Part shown: piece by piece, positions 27,343-36,669 of the stretch
How positions within the stretch are numbered: position 1 is the first letter of the stretch
How the letters are laid out: every line of letters starts with the position of its first letter
Assembly: GCA_049968255.1 (NCBI GenBank)
Contig: JBMFRB010000013.1
Coordinates: 1-41,805 of the forward strand
Origin: Candidatus Sumerlaeaceae bacterium
GTDB lineage: Bacteria; Sumerlaeota; Sumerlaeia; Sumerlaeales; Sumerlaeaceae
Length of the DNA: 41,805 bases
Direction: 5' to 3'
Notes under the pieces: generated by a model
What the model was told of the DNA's origin: nothing
What the model saw: only the letters and a program-made list of their open reading frames with translations
Database searches by the model: none
Made by a program: the position numbers and the translations under genes

Positions 27343-28656
27343 TTATCGCGAAACAATCAGGATTTTCGACGCATTCGCTAGCGCCTCTTTTTTCAAAAAA
27401 GCGACGCTGGCGAAACTCACGAGGCAAGTTCGGTCGTGTGTGTTAGCTTGCTGATAAGTCAACACACGCGGAACGGCGTGTCCTTGCATGGCTGCCATAG
27501 CGACATAGATGGTGGCAATACTGCACACCTGTTGTGCGTTGCCGTCATCGCGAAAATAGTCGAAAAACGTCTCGGGGTTGCCTGATTCGATCGCGGCTAG
27601 TGCCCCTCGGTCGCTCAGTTCGATCTCGCGCTCACGTTCCTCATCATTCATGACCGGCTGACCAAAGTGTGGCCCGCAGTGCGAGAGATCCACTCCCGCG
27701 ATCAGTCCTACGCGTTCGCCGTGCCGCGAAAAAATCTCTCTAAGGGCAGCGCAGAATTGCGAAATTTCAGAATCTTCGCTCGGCTTTGCGCCATTGAGGA
27801 ACATGTCCTCGAAGCTTCCAACAAGGATGGGCACGATACGCGGCGTCTGTCCGTCGCCAAACGTGTGCCGCAAATATACGGCCTGCAGCTCAATCGTGTG
27901 CTCGCTGGCGTGGGCGAACTCGTCGGCGAAAAGCTCCCCGCTAAACGCCTGAGCCAGCTCATCAAGCAGTTCTTGATCCGTCTCCACTAAGCCCAATGGT
28001 GTCTCAAAATGTTTGCGTGTCGCCACGAAACGGTGCGCCATCGGCTTGTGGCTTGTTCCCAGAACAACGTAAGTTTTTGCCCCAACACCATGTTCTTTGA
28101 GCGCTCGGTAGGCCCACGCGTAAGCAGCTCCGCCGCGATCGTAGTCTATGTGCGGCGACAGGACCCCCACCACTGATCTGGGCTGCAAGTCCAGTGTGGT
28201 AGGAGGCGCGCCAGGGGCGCGAGCATGCCCACGCAATTGGTCGGCCAGCGCTTTGATCATTTCGAGGCGGTCGCTGCCGTTGGCACGAAAAACACATGGT
28301 GGCCGAACAGGCGACTCTGCGAACTGCTGACGTTTGCGCTCGTAGGCCTCAAGAAAGCGCGGGCTGCGCAAGAGCAAGGCCTCGTCAAGCTGTTTGGCGA
28401 TGGATTCAAAAACTTCCGCTCCGATGAGTGTTCCCGTAGCACGCGTGACGAGCTCGGCCATCTGCGCACAGCTTGTGCGTCCGTTCGCCAACTGAAAGAA
28501 CACCAGAAGAAGCGGATGAGCTTGCAAGATTGCTGTGCCTTCCATCACACCCAGTGGATCTCGGACCACGATCACGTCGCGTCCTTCCACCTGCGCTGGA
28601 TGCATGTCCAATGGTCGAACCGCCGGTGTATTGAGGGGAAAAACTTCCGTCGTCAT
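27343..28656 (-). CDS. MEMO1-family (AmmeMemoRadiSam protein B-like) protein with N-terminal extension
   Basis: SPHIDYDRGG, LGTSH, FETPLG, EHTIELQ, IVPILVG, VDLSH.GP.FG, VSFAS. Start at ATG 28656 or 28710. Confidence 0.9.
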   Translation of the reverse strand: MTTEVFPLNTPAVRPLDMHPAQVEGRDVIVVRDPLGVMEGTAILQAHPLLLVFFQLANGRTSCAQMAELVTRATGTLIGAEVFESIAKQLDEALLLRSPRFLEAYERKRQQFAESPVRPPCVFRANGSDRLEMIKALADQLRGHARAPGAPPTTLDLQPRSVVGVLSPHIDYDRGGAAYAWAYRALKEHGVGAKTYVVLGTSHKPMAHRFVATRKHFETPLGLVETDQELLDELAQAFSGELFADEFAHASEHTIELQAVYLRHTFGDGQTPRIVPILVGSFEDMFLNGAKPSEDSEISQFCAALREIFSRHGERVGLIAGVDLSHCGPHFGQPVMNDEEREREIELSDRGALAAIESGNPETFFDYFRDDGNAQQVCSIATIYVAMAAMQGHAVPRVLTYQQANTHDRTCLVSFASVAFLKKEALANASKILIVSR

Positions 28657-28912
28657 CTGCGCGTTGCTGTCGCCCCGCTTCCTTTTGTGAGGATCGTTTC
28701 TTACGATCATTGAAAGTCTTGCGAGCGGGAATATTCACCCCATCGTTTTACCGTCGCGCTCTCCAACAGCTGCTGCGCACGTTTTCGGATGCATAGAACT
28801 CGAGGGCGCATAGCCGAAGAGCATGGGACGAAGTTTCTTGCAAAGCAGCGTGGTTCGTCTCCCATGCTAAAGCACCGATCTGGTTCAAAAATTTTGCACG
28901 GGGTTTGGAAAA

Positions 28913-30553
28913 ATGGGTGGGCTGTTTGCAAAGACTTTTCACCTATGCATCGGAGTGATCTTAGGTTTTAGCGTAGCCAGGGTGCAAGCCACGCCGCTCG
29001 ATGAGGCCATTGAGTTGCGTCATCGCGGCGAATTCCAGAAGGCCGTGCAAGTGCTCAACACATATCTCGATGCGACCTCGAGCAGTCTGCCCGCGGAAGA
29101 GCGCCGGGCGGTTGAATTCGAGATCGAGCGCATCCGCCGCATTCGCCAGGATTACACGCTGACGGACCAACAAGTCTTCGAACGCATCCGCAAACGGGTT
29201 CCCAGTTTCACTCTCGAGGAATTCCAGAAGCTTGAACGCGACGGCCATTTCGACGTCCAGATTATTGATGGGCAGAAACGCTTCGTGAACACCAGCGTCT
29301 CGAATATCTTTCTCCGTGTGCCAGAACTGCGCAAGCGCGATGCCGCCTATAAGCCTGATCTCACCTACCGCAAACTTTACAACACAATGCAGCTTGCTCG
29401 CCAGGCCCATGCGATGAGCGGGGATTTCCTTGTGCTACCCACGGACTTCGCCGTCACTTACACACTCACTGTAAAGCCGAATGTTGTCACCGACGGCGCA
29501 CTTGTGCGATGTTGGCTACCGTATGTACGAATGTTTCCGTTCCAGAGCGACGCGTACTTGCTCTGGTCCGAACCGGCGAAACCCCTTCTCGCGCCCCCCG
29601 AAGCGCCGCACCGCACTGTCTATCTGGAGAAGCGTGCTCGCCGCGACGAACCCACGAGCTTCTCCATTCACTTCATCTACCGTTGTTGGGCCAGAGTCAG
29701 CTCCGTTGACCCAGCCATGGTTCAGCCATATCGCACGGACGGCCCTGACTACGCGTACTATACGGCTGACCGCAAGCCTCATCTCGATTTGCAAAATGAA
29801 TTGCTCGTGAAACTCAATCGAGAGATTGTCGGAGATGAGAAAAATCCCTACCTCGTGGCGCGCAAAATCTACGACTGGATCGCCAACAACACCATTTATC
29901 AGTATGCCCGGGAATACTCCACCCTTGATAATATCTCCTATTACACAGCATCGCGCCGGGCTGGTGACTGTGGACAGCATGGGATGCTCTTTATTGCTTT
30001 ATGCCGCATGAATGGGATTCCCGCTCGCTGGCAGTCGGGGTGGGAAAGTTTTGAGCTCAAAGGCAACAACATGCATGATTGGTGTGAGTTTTACGTCGAG
30101 CCATATGGATGGCTGCCAGTTGACCCAGACATGGCAGTCAATGTGGTTCATTACGCTTCTGATGTCCTCACGTCGACCGAGTCACAAGAGCTGGTAGATT
30201 TTATGTTCGGCAGCATGGATCAATATCGGTTGGCCACCAATAGCGATTTTGGGGCTCCTCTTTTTCCACCAAAACAGGACTTCCGAAGCGAAACGGTGGA
30301 CTTTCAGCGTGGTGAGGTGGAAGCGGACGGAAAGAATCTTTACTTCGACAAGTGGTCTTGGAAGATGGACATTGTGCCAATATCTGCCGAGGAGTCCCTT
30401 GCGCTGAGCAGAAAATTCATTCCCGTCACGTCGGCCCCTTCGGCCTTGGCGCTAGCCAATGAAAACCGTACCGACCGACAAACAAGTTCCCCGATGGGCG
30501 CAACAGCGATTGACAAGCCTGCACCCGCAAGCGCAGCTGGTGCATCTCGCTAG
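28913..30553 (+). CDS. Secreted transglutaminase-like (Cys-His-Asp) protein
   Basis: Signal peptide, GDCGQHGMLFIALCR, GIPARWQSG, HDWCEFY..GWLPVD. Confidence 0.9.
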   Translation: MGGLFAKTFHLCIGVILGFSVARVQATPLDEAIELRHRGEFQKAVQVLNTYLDATSSSLPAEERRAVEFEIERIRRIRQDYTLTDQQVFERIRKRVPSFTLEEFQKLERDGHFDVQIIDGQKRFVNTSVSNIFLRVPELRKRDAAYKPDLTYRKLYNTMQLARQAHAMSGDFLVLPTDFAVTYTLTVKPNVVTDGALVRCWLPYVRMFPFQSDAYLLWSEPAKPLLAPPEAPHRTVYLEKRARRDEPTSFSIHFIYRCWARVSSVDPAMVQPYRTDGPDYAYYTADRKPHLDLQNELLVKLNREIVGDEKNPYLVARKIYDWIANNTIYQYAREYSTLDNISYYTASRRAGDCGQHGMLFIALCRMNGIPARWQSGWESFELKGNNMHDWCEFYVEPYGWLPVDPDMAVNVVHYASDVLTSTESQELVDFMFGSMDQYRLATNSDFGAPLFPPKQDFRSETVDFQRGEVEADGKNLYFDKWSWKMDIVPISAEESLALSRKFIPVTSAPSALALANENRTDRQTSSPMGATAIDKPAPASAAGASR

Positions 30554-30554
30554 C

Positions 30555-30570
30555 AGGCATAATCCTTGCT
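30555..30570 (+). promoter_or_regulatory. Possible sigma-54 promoter of the LysM-parvulin gene
   Basis: AGGCATAATCCTTGCT has GG-N10-GC spacing with GGCA and TTGCT. Intergenic, about 65 nt before ATG 30636. Confidence 0.45.
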
Positions 30571-30635
30571 TGCGTTAGGTGTGCCCATGCGCGTTTTGCT
30601 CTCTGACGAGAAATTTCGTGTTGGATGTGAGGACA

Positions 30636-32630
30636 ATGACTAAGGGTCAGTCTTTTCGGATCACGTCGTACCTAGTAACTTCCCTTTTATTTTTCTGCGC
30701 TGCGCTTGCGTGGGCCCAGGCCATAGAGCCCGCCCAGCAGGGGGAACGATCTACCACGGCAGCAGCTCAAATCGGACGGGCGCATTTTGAGGCGTTACCC
30801 AATGTGCTCGCTACTTACGACGGCGGCAAATTCACGAAGGAAGAACTCTCCGCGACGTTGAACCTTCGCAAACCCGCCAGCGTGCAATATCTGTCGCCCG
30901 TCGATGTCATATCGTTGCCGGTTGAGCGCCTGCGCGAGGTCGTTTCTGATTACGTCTTTGAGCGGCTGCTTGTGGAGAAAGCGCTTGCTGAGGGCATAGA
31001 CAAGACCACCAGCGGCATTCGCGAAAAACTTGAGAGATACGAGGACGAGGTCTTCAATCGGCTCTACTTCGAGCGAATTTTTGCTCCTGAGCTCGAAGCA
31101 ACGCGCCAGAAAATGCTTCGCGAAGCTTATGAGCGGGATAAGACTTCCAAGTACACCATCCCCGGCAGTATCAAGTTGTCTGAGATTTACTTCGGTTTCT
31201 ATCGCCCCTACGAGGTGAAACAGGGTGACACGCTCGGCAAGATAGCCGAGCGCGAATGCGGTGAGCGCGCCGCGATGACACGTATTCTTCGCGATGACCC
31301 CTTTCATTACTATCGCTATTCACCTGGCGCGGCAAAAGGAGAAGTGAACTTCATGGACGTCAAACCTGGCGAAAAGCTTCTCATCCCTATCCGCAAAGAT
31401 GAGGTAACCTCCAAAGAGACTTTAGCCAAGAAAGTCCATCAGGAGCTTCTCAAAGGGGCTGATTTCGCGGAACTTGCTCAACGTCACAGCGAGGCACCGC
31501 CCACGCGGCGTAGCGAGGTTTTTGAGCTCGATCCATTGTTCGATCCCTTGATCAGGCGTGCCGTCGAAAAAACGCACACCACCTCGGTAACCGATGTTCT
31601 GCGGACAGCTCACGGCTTCCATATCATTAAAGTGGTCGATCGCATGGAGACCAAGACGCTGAGTTTCGAGCAAGTCCGTGGCCAAATCCAGCTTGATCCC
31701 GAAGCTGTGCAAAAGGCGGAGGAAACGGCTCGTAAGAATCTCATCGAGCGGCTTCGCAATAAATATCGTGTCGAACTCAATCACGAAGCACTCAAACTCG
31801 ATGACTATCTTGCCACGACGAATCCCCTTACGGCCTCTACCTGGATCGCACGCGTGGGCGAGTGGACCTATACGCTAGAGGACTTCCGACGTGAACTGAT
31901 CCCGTTCCAGAAATCTTGGCAAGGGCTGACCTATGAACAGCGCGTGGACTTTGTTAGATCATCTCCCAAAATTCTCAAATATCTCGTGAAACTCGAATCT
32001 AAATCCCTGGGCTTGCAGAACGTTCCCCAGTACAAAGCCGAGATGGAGTCCAAAGCGGTGATAGATATCAGCACCGCTTATCTGCGTCAGCTCGAAGAGA
32101 AACTCCCGCCGATTTCGGAACGCGAAATGCGCGAGTATTACGACAAGCACCTCGATCAATTCACAGGTGTGCCGAAAGTCAAGCTACGCGAGATTACAAA
32201 GCGTGTGAATGTGCAACTGCCCGAGCCAGAGAAGAGCCGCGTCATCCAGGAAACTAAGCGTAAATTGGAAGCAATTCGCCAGCAGATCAAAAACGCTAAA
32301 GATTTTGAAGAAATGGCCCGTCGCGAAAGCGATGCCATTGGCTCGCGCTCACGTGGCGGTCTCATTGGCGAGGTCCCACTCGGATTCCGTGGCGACGAAT
32401 TCCAGGCTCGCATCGAAAATCTACAGCCGGGGCAAATATCCGAGCCGTTCCTGTACGGATCGGACATGGTGTTGGTTATGGTTGAGCAGAAAATTGCTGC
32501 ACCCGTGATGCCGTTTGACGACGCCAAACCACGTATCGAACGCGCTATAAGGGAAGAGCGGCGACGTCAGATGCGTCAGCAGCTGCGCGAAAAGCTTTTT
32601 GCCGAAAAGCACGTCCAGATTCACATCTGA
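30636..32630 (+). CDS. Exported SurA/PrsA-like foldase with two parvulin domains and an inserted LysM
   Basis: Signal peptide. Parvulin 1 ADFAELAQRHSE..TAHGFHIIKV; parvulin 2 DFEEMARRESD..RGGLIG..ISEP. LysM YEVKQGDTLGKIA...VKPGEKLLIP. Confidence 0.87.
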   Translation: MTKGQSFRITSYLVTSLLFFCAALAWAQAIEPAQQGERSTTAAAQIGRAHFEALPNVLATYDGGKFTKEELSATLNLRKPASVQYLSPVDVISLPVERLREVVSDYVFERLLVEKALAEGIDKTTSGIREKLERYEDEVFNRLYFERIFAPELEATRQKMLREAYERDKTSKYTIPGSIKLSEIYFGFYRPYEVKQGDTLGKIAERECGERAAMTRILRDDPFHYYRYSPGAAKGEVNFMDVKPGEKLLIPIRKDEVTSKETLAKKVHQELLKGADFAELAQRHSEAPPTRRSEVFELDPLFDPLIRRAVEKTHTTSVTDVLRTAHGFHIIKVVDRMETKTLSFEQVRGQIQLDPEAVQKAEETARKNLIERLRNKYRVELNHEALKLDDYLATTNPLTASTWIARVGEWTYTLEDFRRELIPFQKSWQGLTYEQRVDFVRSSPKILKYLVKLESKSLGLQNVPQYKAEMESKAVIDISTAYLRQLEEKLPPISEREMREYYDKHLDQFTGVPKVKLREITKRVNVQLPEPEKSRVIQETKRKLEAIRQQIKNAKDFEEMARRESDAIGSRSRGGLIGEVPLGFRGDEFQARIENLQPGQISEPFLYGSDMVLVMVEQKIAAPVMPFDDAKPRIERAIREERRRQMRQQLREKLFAEKHVQIHI

Positions 32631-32903
32631 CCCTGGCTCAAAAACCGAGGGGAGCAGGAACTCCCCATGCATTGAGAAAAAGTCAACGCTCGTGGATTGG
32701 CTCTGCTCCGGTGATTCTGCACATTACCGTGAGCAATTTTATCGTGATTTCGGTGCGAGGTCCTGGCGTCTTCATGCGGAGCTGAAAAAACGCGGCAATG
32801 CAAAGCAGGCAGACCGGAAGCCAAGGGGCATAGCGGTTGGCTCTGTCGCGTCCACATTTCGTTTTGCCGCACAGCGCGTGGCCGGATCGTCTTTTCGGCG
32901 TTG

Positions 32904-32952
32904 AAAAAAAACGCGCCGGAAAATAGCCTTCTTGTGCGGCTATTTCCGGCGC
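32904..32952 (-). terminator. Intrinsic terminator after tsf (possibly bidirectional)
   Basis: Inverted repeat GCGCCGGAAAATAGCC...GGCTATTTCCGGCGC followed by 8 T on the minus strand. Confidence 0.8.
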
Positions 32953-32993
32953 TCACTTTTGCGCCACTGTCTCTGCCCAGCTGGGGCTTTCCC

Positions 32994-33893
32994 TTAGCCT
33001 TCTTGTGGCTCAGGGGTTTCTGATGCCTCGCCCAATTTCCAGCGCAGGAAGCGGCGCACCGACAGATCTGCTCCAAATTTGCCTTTGTTCTGTTCGACGT
33101 AATCCGCCACTTTGATATCGGGGTTTTTCGCAAAAGGCTGTTCCAACAGCACGACCTCGGCGAAGAATTTCTGAATGCGCCCTTCCACGATTTTATCCAC
33201 CACCTTCTCCGGCTTGCCCTCGTTGAGAGCCTGGTTGCGATAGATTTCACGCTCCTTCGCGAGCATATCGGCTGGAACTTCGTCCCGTCGCACGCAGGTG
33301 GGGGCTGTCGCTGCAATGTGCATGGCGATGTCACGCGCAAACTCGCGGAAATTGGCATCGTCAGCCAGCCCCGCGGTGCTCGTTTCCACCTCAACGAGTA
33401 CACCGATCTTTCCGGGCGGATGAATGTAAGAGAAGCAGTAGCCCTTATCGCTGCAATCCAAAACTTGCCAGCGGCTGAGCAGGATATTTTCGCCGATTTT
33501 GCCCACAAGCAACTTGACGAGATCAGCTACGGTTTCGCCGCTTGCTGTCTTGCTTTCCAGCATCTTTGTCGGGTCGTCCAGGGTCAGGGCGTGCTCGGCC
33601 AGTTCCTGCACAAGTTTGCGGAACTCCTCATTGCGCGCCACAAAATCGCTCTCGCTATTGAGTTCCACCAACGCACCCCGCTTGCGATCAGGCCGAATCG
33701 CTGCAGCAATGACGCCCTCTTTGGCCACTCGCGACGAACGCTTGCTGGCAATAGCTGCTCCCCGCTCGCGCAGCAATTGCATAGCCTTTTCCATGTCGCC
33801 GTTGGATTCGGCTAACGCCTTTTTGCAATCCATCATCCCTGCGCCGCTCTTCTCGCGCAGCTCTTTCACCATTTGAGCAGTAATCTCAGCCAT
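32994..33893 (-). CDS. tsf: Translation elongation factor Ts
   Basis: MAEITAQMVKELREKSGAGMMDCKKAL, ELNSESDFVA, KIGENI, IAMHIAA, LLEQPF. Start at ATG 33893 after AAGGA. Confidence 0.98.
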   Translation of the reverse strand: MAEITAQMVKELREKSGAGMMDCKKALAESNGDMEKAMQLLRERGAAIASKRSSRVAKEGVIAAAIRPDRKRGALVELNSESDFVARNEEFRKLVQELAEHALTLDDPTKMLESKTASGETVADLVKLLVGKIGENILLSRWQVLDCSDKGYCFSYIHPPGKIGVLVEVETSTAGLADDANFREFARDIAMHIAATAPTCVRRDEVPADMLAKEREIYRNQALNEGKPEKVVDKIVEGRIQKFFAEVVLLEQPFAKNPDIKVADYVEQNKGKFGADLSVRRFLRWKLGEASETPEPQEG

Positions 33894-34299
33894 ACGTCCA
33901 TCCTTATCTGTGAAGGGTTGATGAGGATCCTTCGGCGAAGGAGCCGCGACGTCAGCTCCGCCGCTTGATGTGTCCACAAAAGAAGAGCCCCGCCTTCTCA
34001 GCCGAGGCCAAATTCCGTAACAACTGAGCGCGAGCTTGATTCACAGCAACTCGCGGGGAAATTGCCAGCAGTTCTGAGTGCCGGGACGAAAAAATTTGGC
34101 GCATGGCCAGCTAGGCCAAGTTCCCCATCCTTCAAAAATTCTTCCTCCACACGAAAAAGCTTTACATGATCCAGCAAAAGTCCGTGTAGTACATTACAGA
34201 CCGTGGCATGGTTTCTCACGCGGCGCGTGACCGGACGCCGCTCAGAGGACGGTCGGACGAGGGCCGCGCATAGAGCGCGGCAGGAGGTTAGGAGCTAAC

Positions 34300-34938
34300 G
34301 TGGCGGCATTTGCCGATGCTGCAGGTCAGCCGCTGGAAAACGTGGCGGGATCGGCGGAACTGTCGAGCAGCGAAGCCGATCTCGTCGCTCGTTGCAAAGC
34401 GGGCGACAAGCTTGCTTTTGATGAGCTTATTAGTGCGCATCAGGAGCGAGTGTTCAACGTTGCCTACCGTTTGATGGGTAATTACGACGAAGCCCTCGAC
34501 CTCACACAAGAAGTGTTTCTCAACTGCTTCCGCAAGATCGGAACCTTTAAAGGCGACTCCGCACTTTCGACATGGCTCTATCGCATCACTGTCAACACAG
34601 CAAAGAACAGGTGGAAATACCAGCAGTCGCGCGGCATCAACCGCACCGACTCGCTCGATGCGCCGAATGATAACGACAGTGACAAGCCTCTTTCCGAGTA
34701 CGCCTCGCCGGTGCCCGGCCCTAGCGAAGTAGCGTCCGGGCGTGAAGCGATGAATCGCTTCGAAGATTGTCTCCAGCAACTTCCGCCGGAATATCGCGAG
34801 GTGCTCGTCCTGCGCTACATTGAAGAGTTGCCGTACGAGAGAATTGCCGAAATCCTGAGAATTTCGCTTGGTACAGTGAAATCGCGCATCCATCGTGCGC
34901 GCGCTGAGTTGCGCGAGCTTATGCGTGACTATCTATGA
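34300..34938 (+). CDS. ECF RNA polymerase sigma factor (RpoE/SigW-like)
   Basis: Region 2 DLTQEVF..FKGDSALSTWLYRITVN. Region 4 LPPEYREVLVLR..YERIAEIL..GTVKSRIHRAR. Confidence 0.95.
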   Translation: MAAFADAAGQPLENVAGSAELSSSEADLVARCKAGDKLAFDELISAHQERVFNVAYRLMGNYDEALDLTQEVFLNCFRKIGTFKGDSALSTWLYRITVNTAKNRWKYQQSRGINRTDSLDAPNDNDSDKPLSEYASPVPGPSEVASGREAMNRFEDCLQQLPPEYREVLVLRYIEELPYERIAEILRISLGTVKSRIHRARAELRELMRDYL

Positions 34939-35121
34939 ACACTGCTGAGCACCTGTCGTATAGGCCGCGGTGAAGATGCGCGGCTCCAGGGTCTTTCTGC
35001 ATGGCGAGCGATTGGTGACGCAAAGTATCGTTAGCACGCAAACAGGTCAGGTTCTCGCACAATGAGGAATTGTGTGCCACAAATGTTTTTTATCCCCAGC
35101 TTTTCCCGCACATCCCATGTG

Positions 35122-35137
35122 TGGCGACTCTCTTGCA
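35122..35137 (+). promoter_or_regulatory. Weak sigma-54-like site upstream of the anti-sigma gene
   Basis: TGGCGACTCTCTTGCA has GG-N10-GC spacing with TGGC and TTGCA, but mismatches the ACG positions. Confidence 0.3.
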
Positions 35138-35198
35138 AATGTGGCATACACTTGCTTTGTCTTGAATCTCAAGCCTAGGCTCGTATGTCGAAAGACTA

Positions 35199-35810
35199 GT
35201 GGTCGAGCCAAACAATCACCCATCGCAAAAAAATGACGAAAACCTGGGTGCTGCACTCCCAGCAGGCGCTCACGACCACGCCCGCTATGAAATACTCCTG
35301 GAGAGGTACCTCGATGGTGAGTTAGGCCCGCCCGAACGAGCAGAGCTGTTCGAACATATCGAGCTTTGCGAGCAATGTCGCGAGGTTTTAGAAGCCGAAG
35401 AGGCACTCGTCGATCATCTCAGTCGTATCCCGCGCCTCATGCCACCCTCCGATCTGCGAGCGAAAATCTTGGAGGAAGCTTCGCGCGAGCGCGAGATCCT
35501 TATGCAAGGAGGACTTCTTTTTCCGGACGAAGAAGAGCAACGTCCCGCTGCGCCACACCGCCGCGTTCTGCCCGGCCGATTCGGTATCTGGGTGACACGA
35601 ATCTTTCTTCTTCTTTCGACGCTGTTCTTCCTTCTTGCAGCTGACGTCTCGCCAGTGCCTGGGATTGCCACCCTTCAGCGCCAACTTCGCGAAAGTGTTG
35701 TCTACTTACTCAAAAGTATAAAAGACTTTTTGCGCCCACAAGCCGCCCTCCCAGTTCTGCAAAAACCTCGACATGAGGAAGCGCCGAACGGCGCTGCTTC
35801 GAGAAACTAG
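35199..35810 (+). CDS. Zinc-finger (ZAS, zf-HC2) transmembrane anti-sigma factor
   Basis: LLERYLDGEL..E...HIELCEQC (HxxxCxxC) plus one TM. Lies downstream of the ECF sigma gene. Confidence 0.88.
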   Translation: MVEPNNHPSQKNDENLGAALPAGAHDHARYEILLERYLDGELGPPERAELFEHIELCEQCREVLEAEEALVDHLSRIPRLMPPSDLRAKILEEASREREILMQGGLLFPDEEEQRPAAPHRRVLPGRFGIWVTRIFLLLSTLFFLLAADVSPVPGIATLQRQLRESVVYLLKSIKDFLRPQAALPVLQKPRHEEAPNGAASRN

Positions 35811-36003
35811 AGATTTCACATCGCCATGTCGCTGCGAAACGTAACCTTTGTCCTCGACGAGACACGAGGTACTGGCATAGCCCGCAGTGTGAGTTTCCTT
35901 GGCCGGTGCCTGTGGCGCTTGTTGCCAGCTTTTGCATGCGTTGGCCTTCGAAAGTGAATTCGTCAGGCTTGCTGGGAGAATGGCCTAAAACAGAAAGGAA
36001 AAC

Positions 36004-36035
36004 AAAAAAGAGGAGCAGCGACCTCGCTGCTCCTC
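36004..36035 (-). terminator. Intrinsic terminator of the prepilin gene
   Basis: Perfect inverted repeat GAGGAGCAGCGA-CC-TCGCTGCTCCTC followed by T6 on the minus strand, about 20 nt after the stop. Confidence 0.85.
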
Positions 36036-36057
36036 CATAGCAATCGAAAGAAGGAAC

Positions 36058-36669
36058 TTATGGGCAAATGAGAAGTGGTGGGCCTGGTTGAACATCGCTG
36101 TTCTTCTGGGCGCGCCAAATGTTGCCCGGAGAGACAGTCCCGTTGGTTGGATCATACAACAATTGTGCGGAGTTCGTGCAGCCAGCATGGGTGTAGGACC
36201 GGTCTGGACCGACAGAGCCAAGACGCCATGCCCCATAGTATGCGTAAGCAGGTGGCCAAAACGTCGAACTCGGGTACCAAATCGTCGCGCGTGTTTTCAT
36301 ATCGTGATAAGTGAATACACGTTCATCAAATGGCGACGTGAGGTTTTTGTCCTGGAATGGATCGGTGATAAGGGGATTCGTGATGTAAGCCACAGGGGTC
36401 GAAAGTCCCCACCAAATCACGCCCGAAATGGGGTTGCCATTGGCGTCGTTCGGATCGCCATACCAGCTCGTACTCCATTCACGAGGGACTCTGTTATTAT
36501 CCACTGCGTACGCTTCAATTGCAGTGGCCAAAGATCGCAAGTCGCTTTTTATTCTAGAGACTTTTGACCTCGTCTGAGCCTCGAGGAAGTTCGGTACAGC
36601 AATCGCTGCAAGAATTGCAATGATGGCGACCACGATGAGCAGCTCGATGAGGGTAAAGCCTTTCTTCAT
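36058..36669 (-). CDS. Prepilin-type (class III signal) protein, PulG/type IV pilin-like
   Basis: MKKG|FTLIELLIVVAIIAILAAIAVPNF with Glu at +5. AAGGAGG RBS. Confidence 0.93.
   Translation of the reverse strand: MKKGFTLIELLIVVAIIAILAAIAVPNFLEAQTRSKVSRIKSDLRSLATAIEAYAVDNNRVPREWSTSWYGDPNDANGNPISGVIWWGLSTPVAYITNPLITDPFQDKNLTSPFDERVFTYHDMKTRATIWYPSSTFWPPAYAYYGAWRLGSVGPDRSYTHAGCTNSAQLLYDPTNGTVSPGNIWRAQKNSDVQPGPPLLICP

Noticed and set aside
32599-32904. Small ORF or ncRNA between the foldase gene and the tsf terminator
   Set aside because: No RBS, protein motif or recognisable RNA family. The 295-aa minus ORF 32621-33508 is an alternate frame overlapping tsf.
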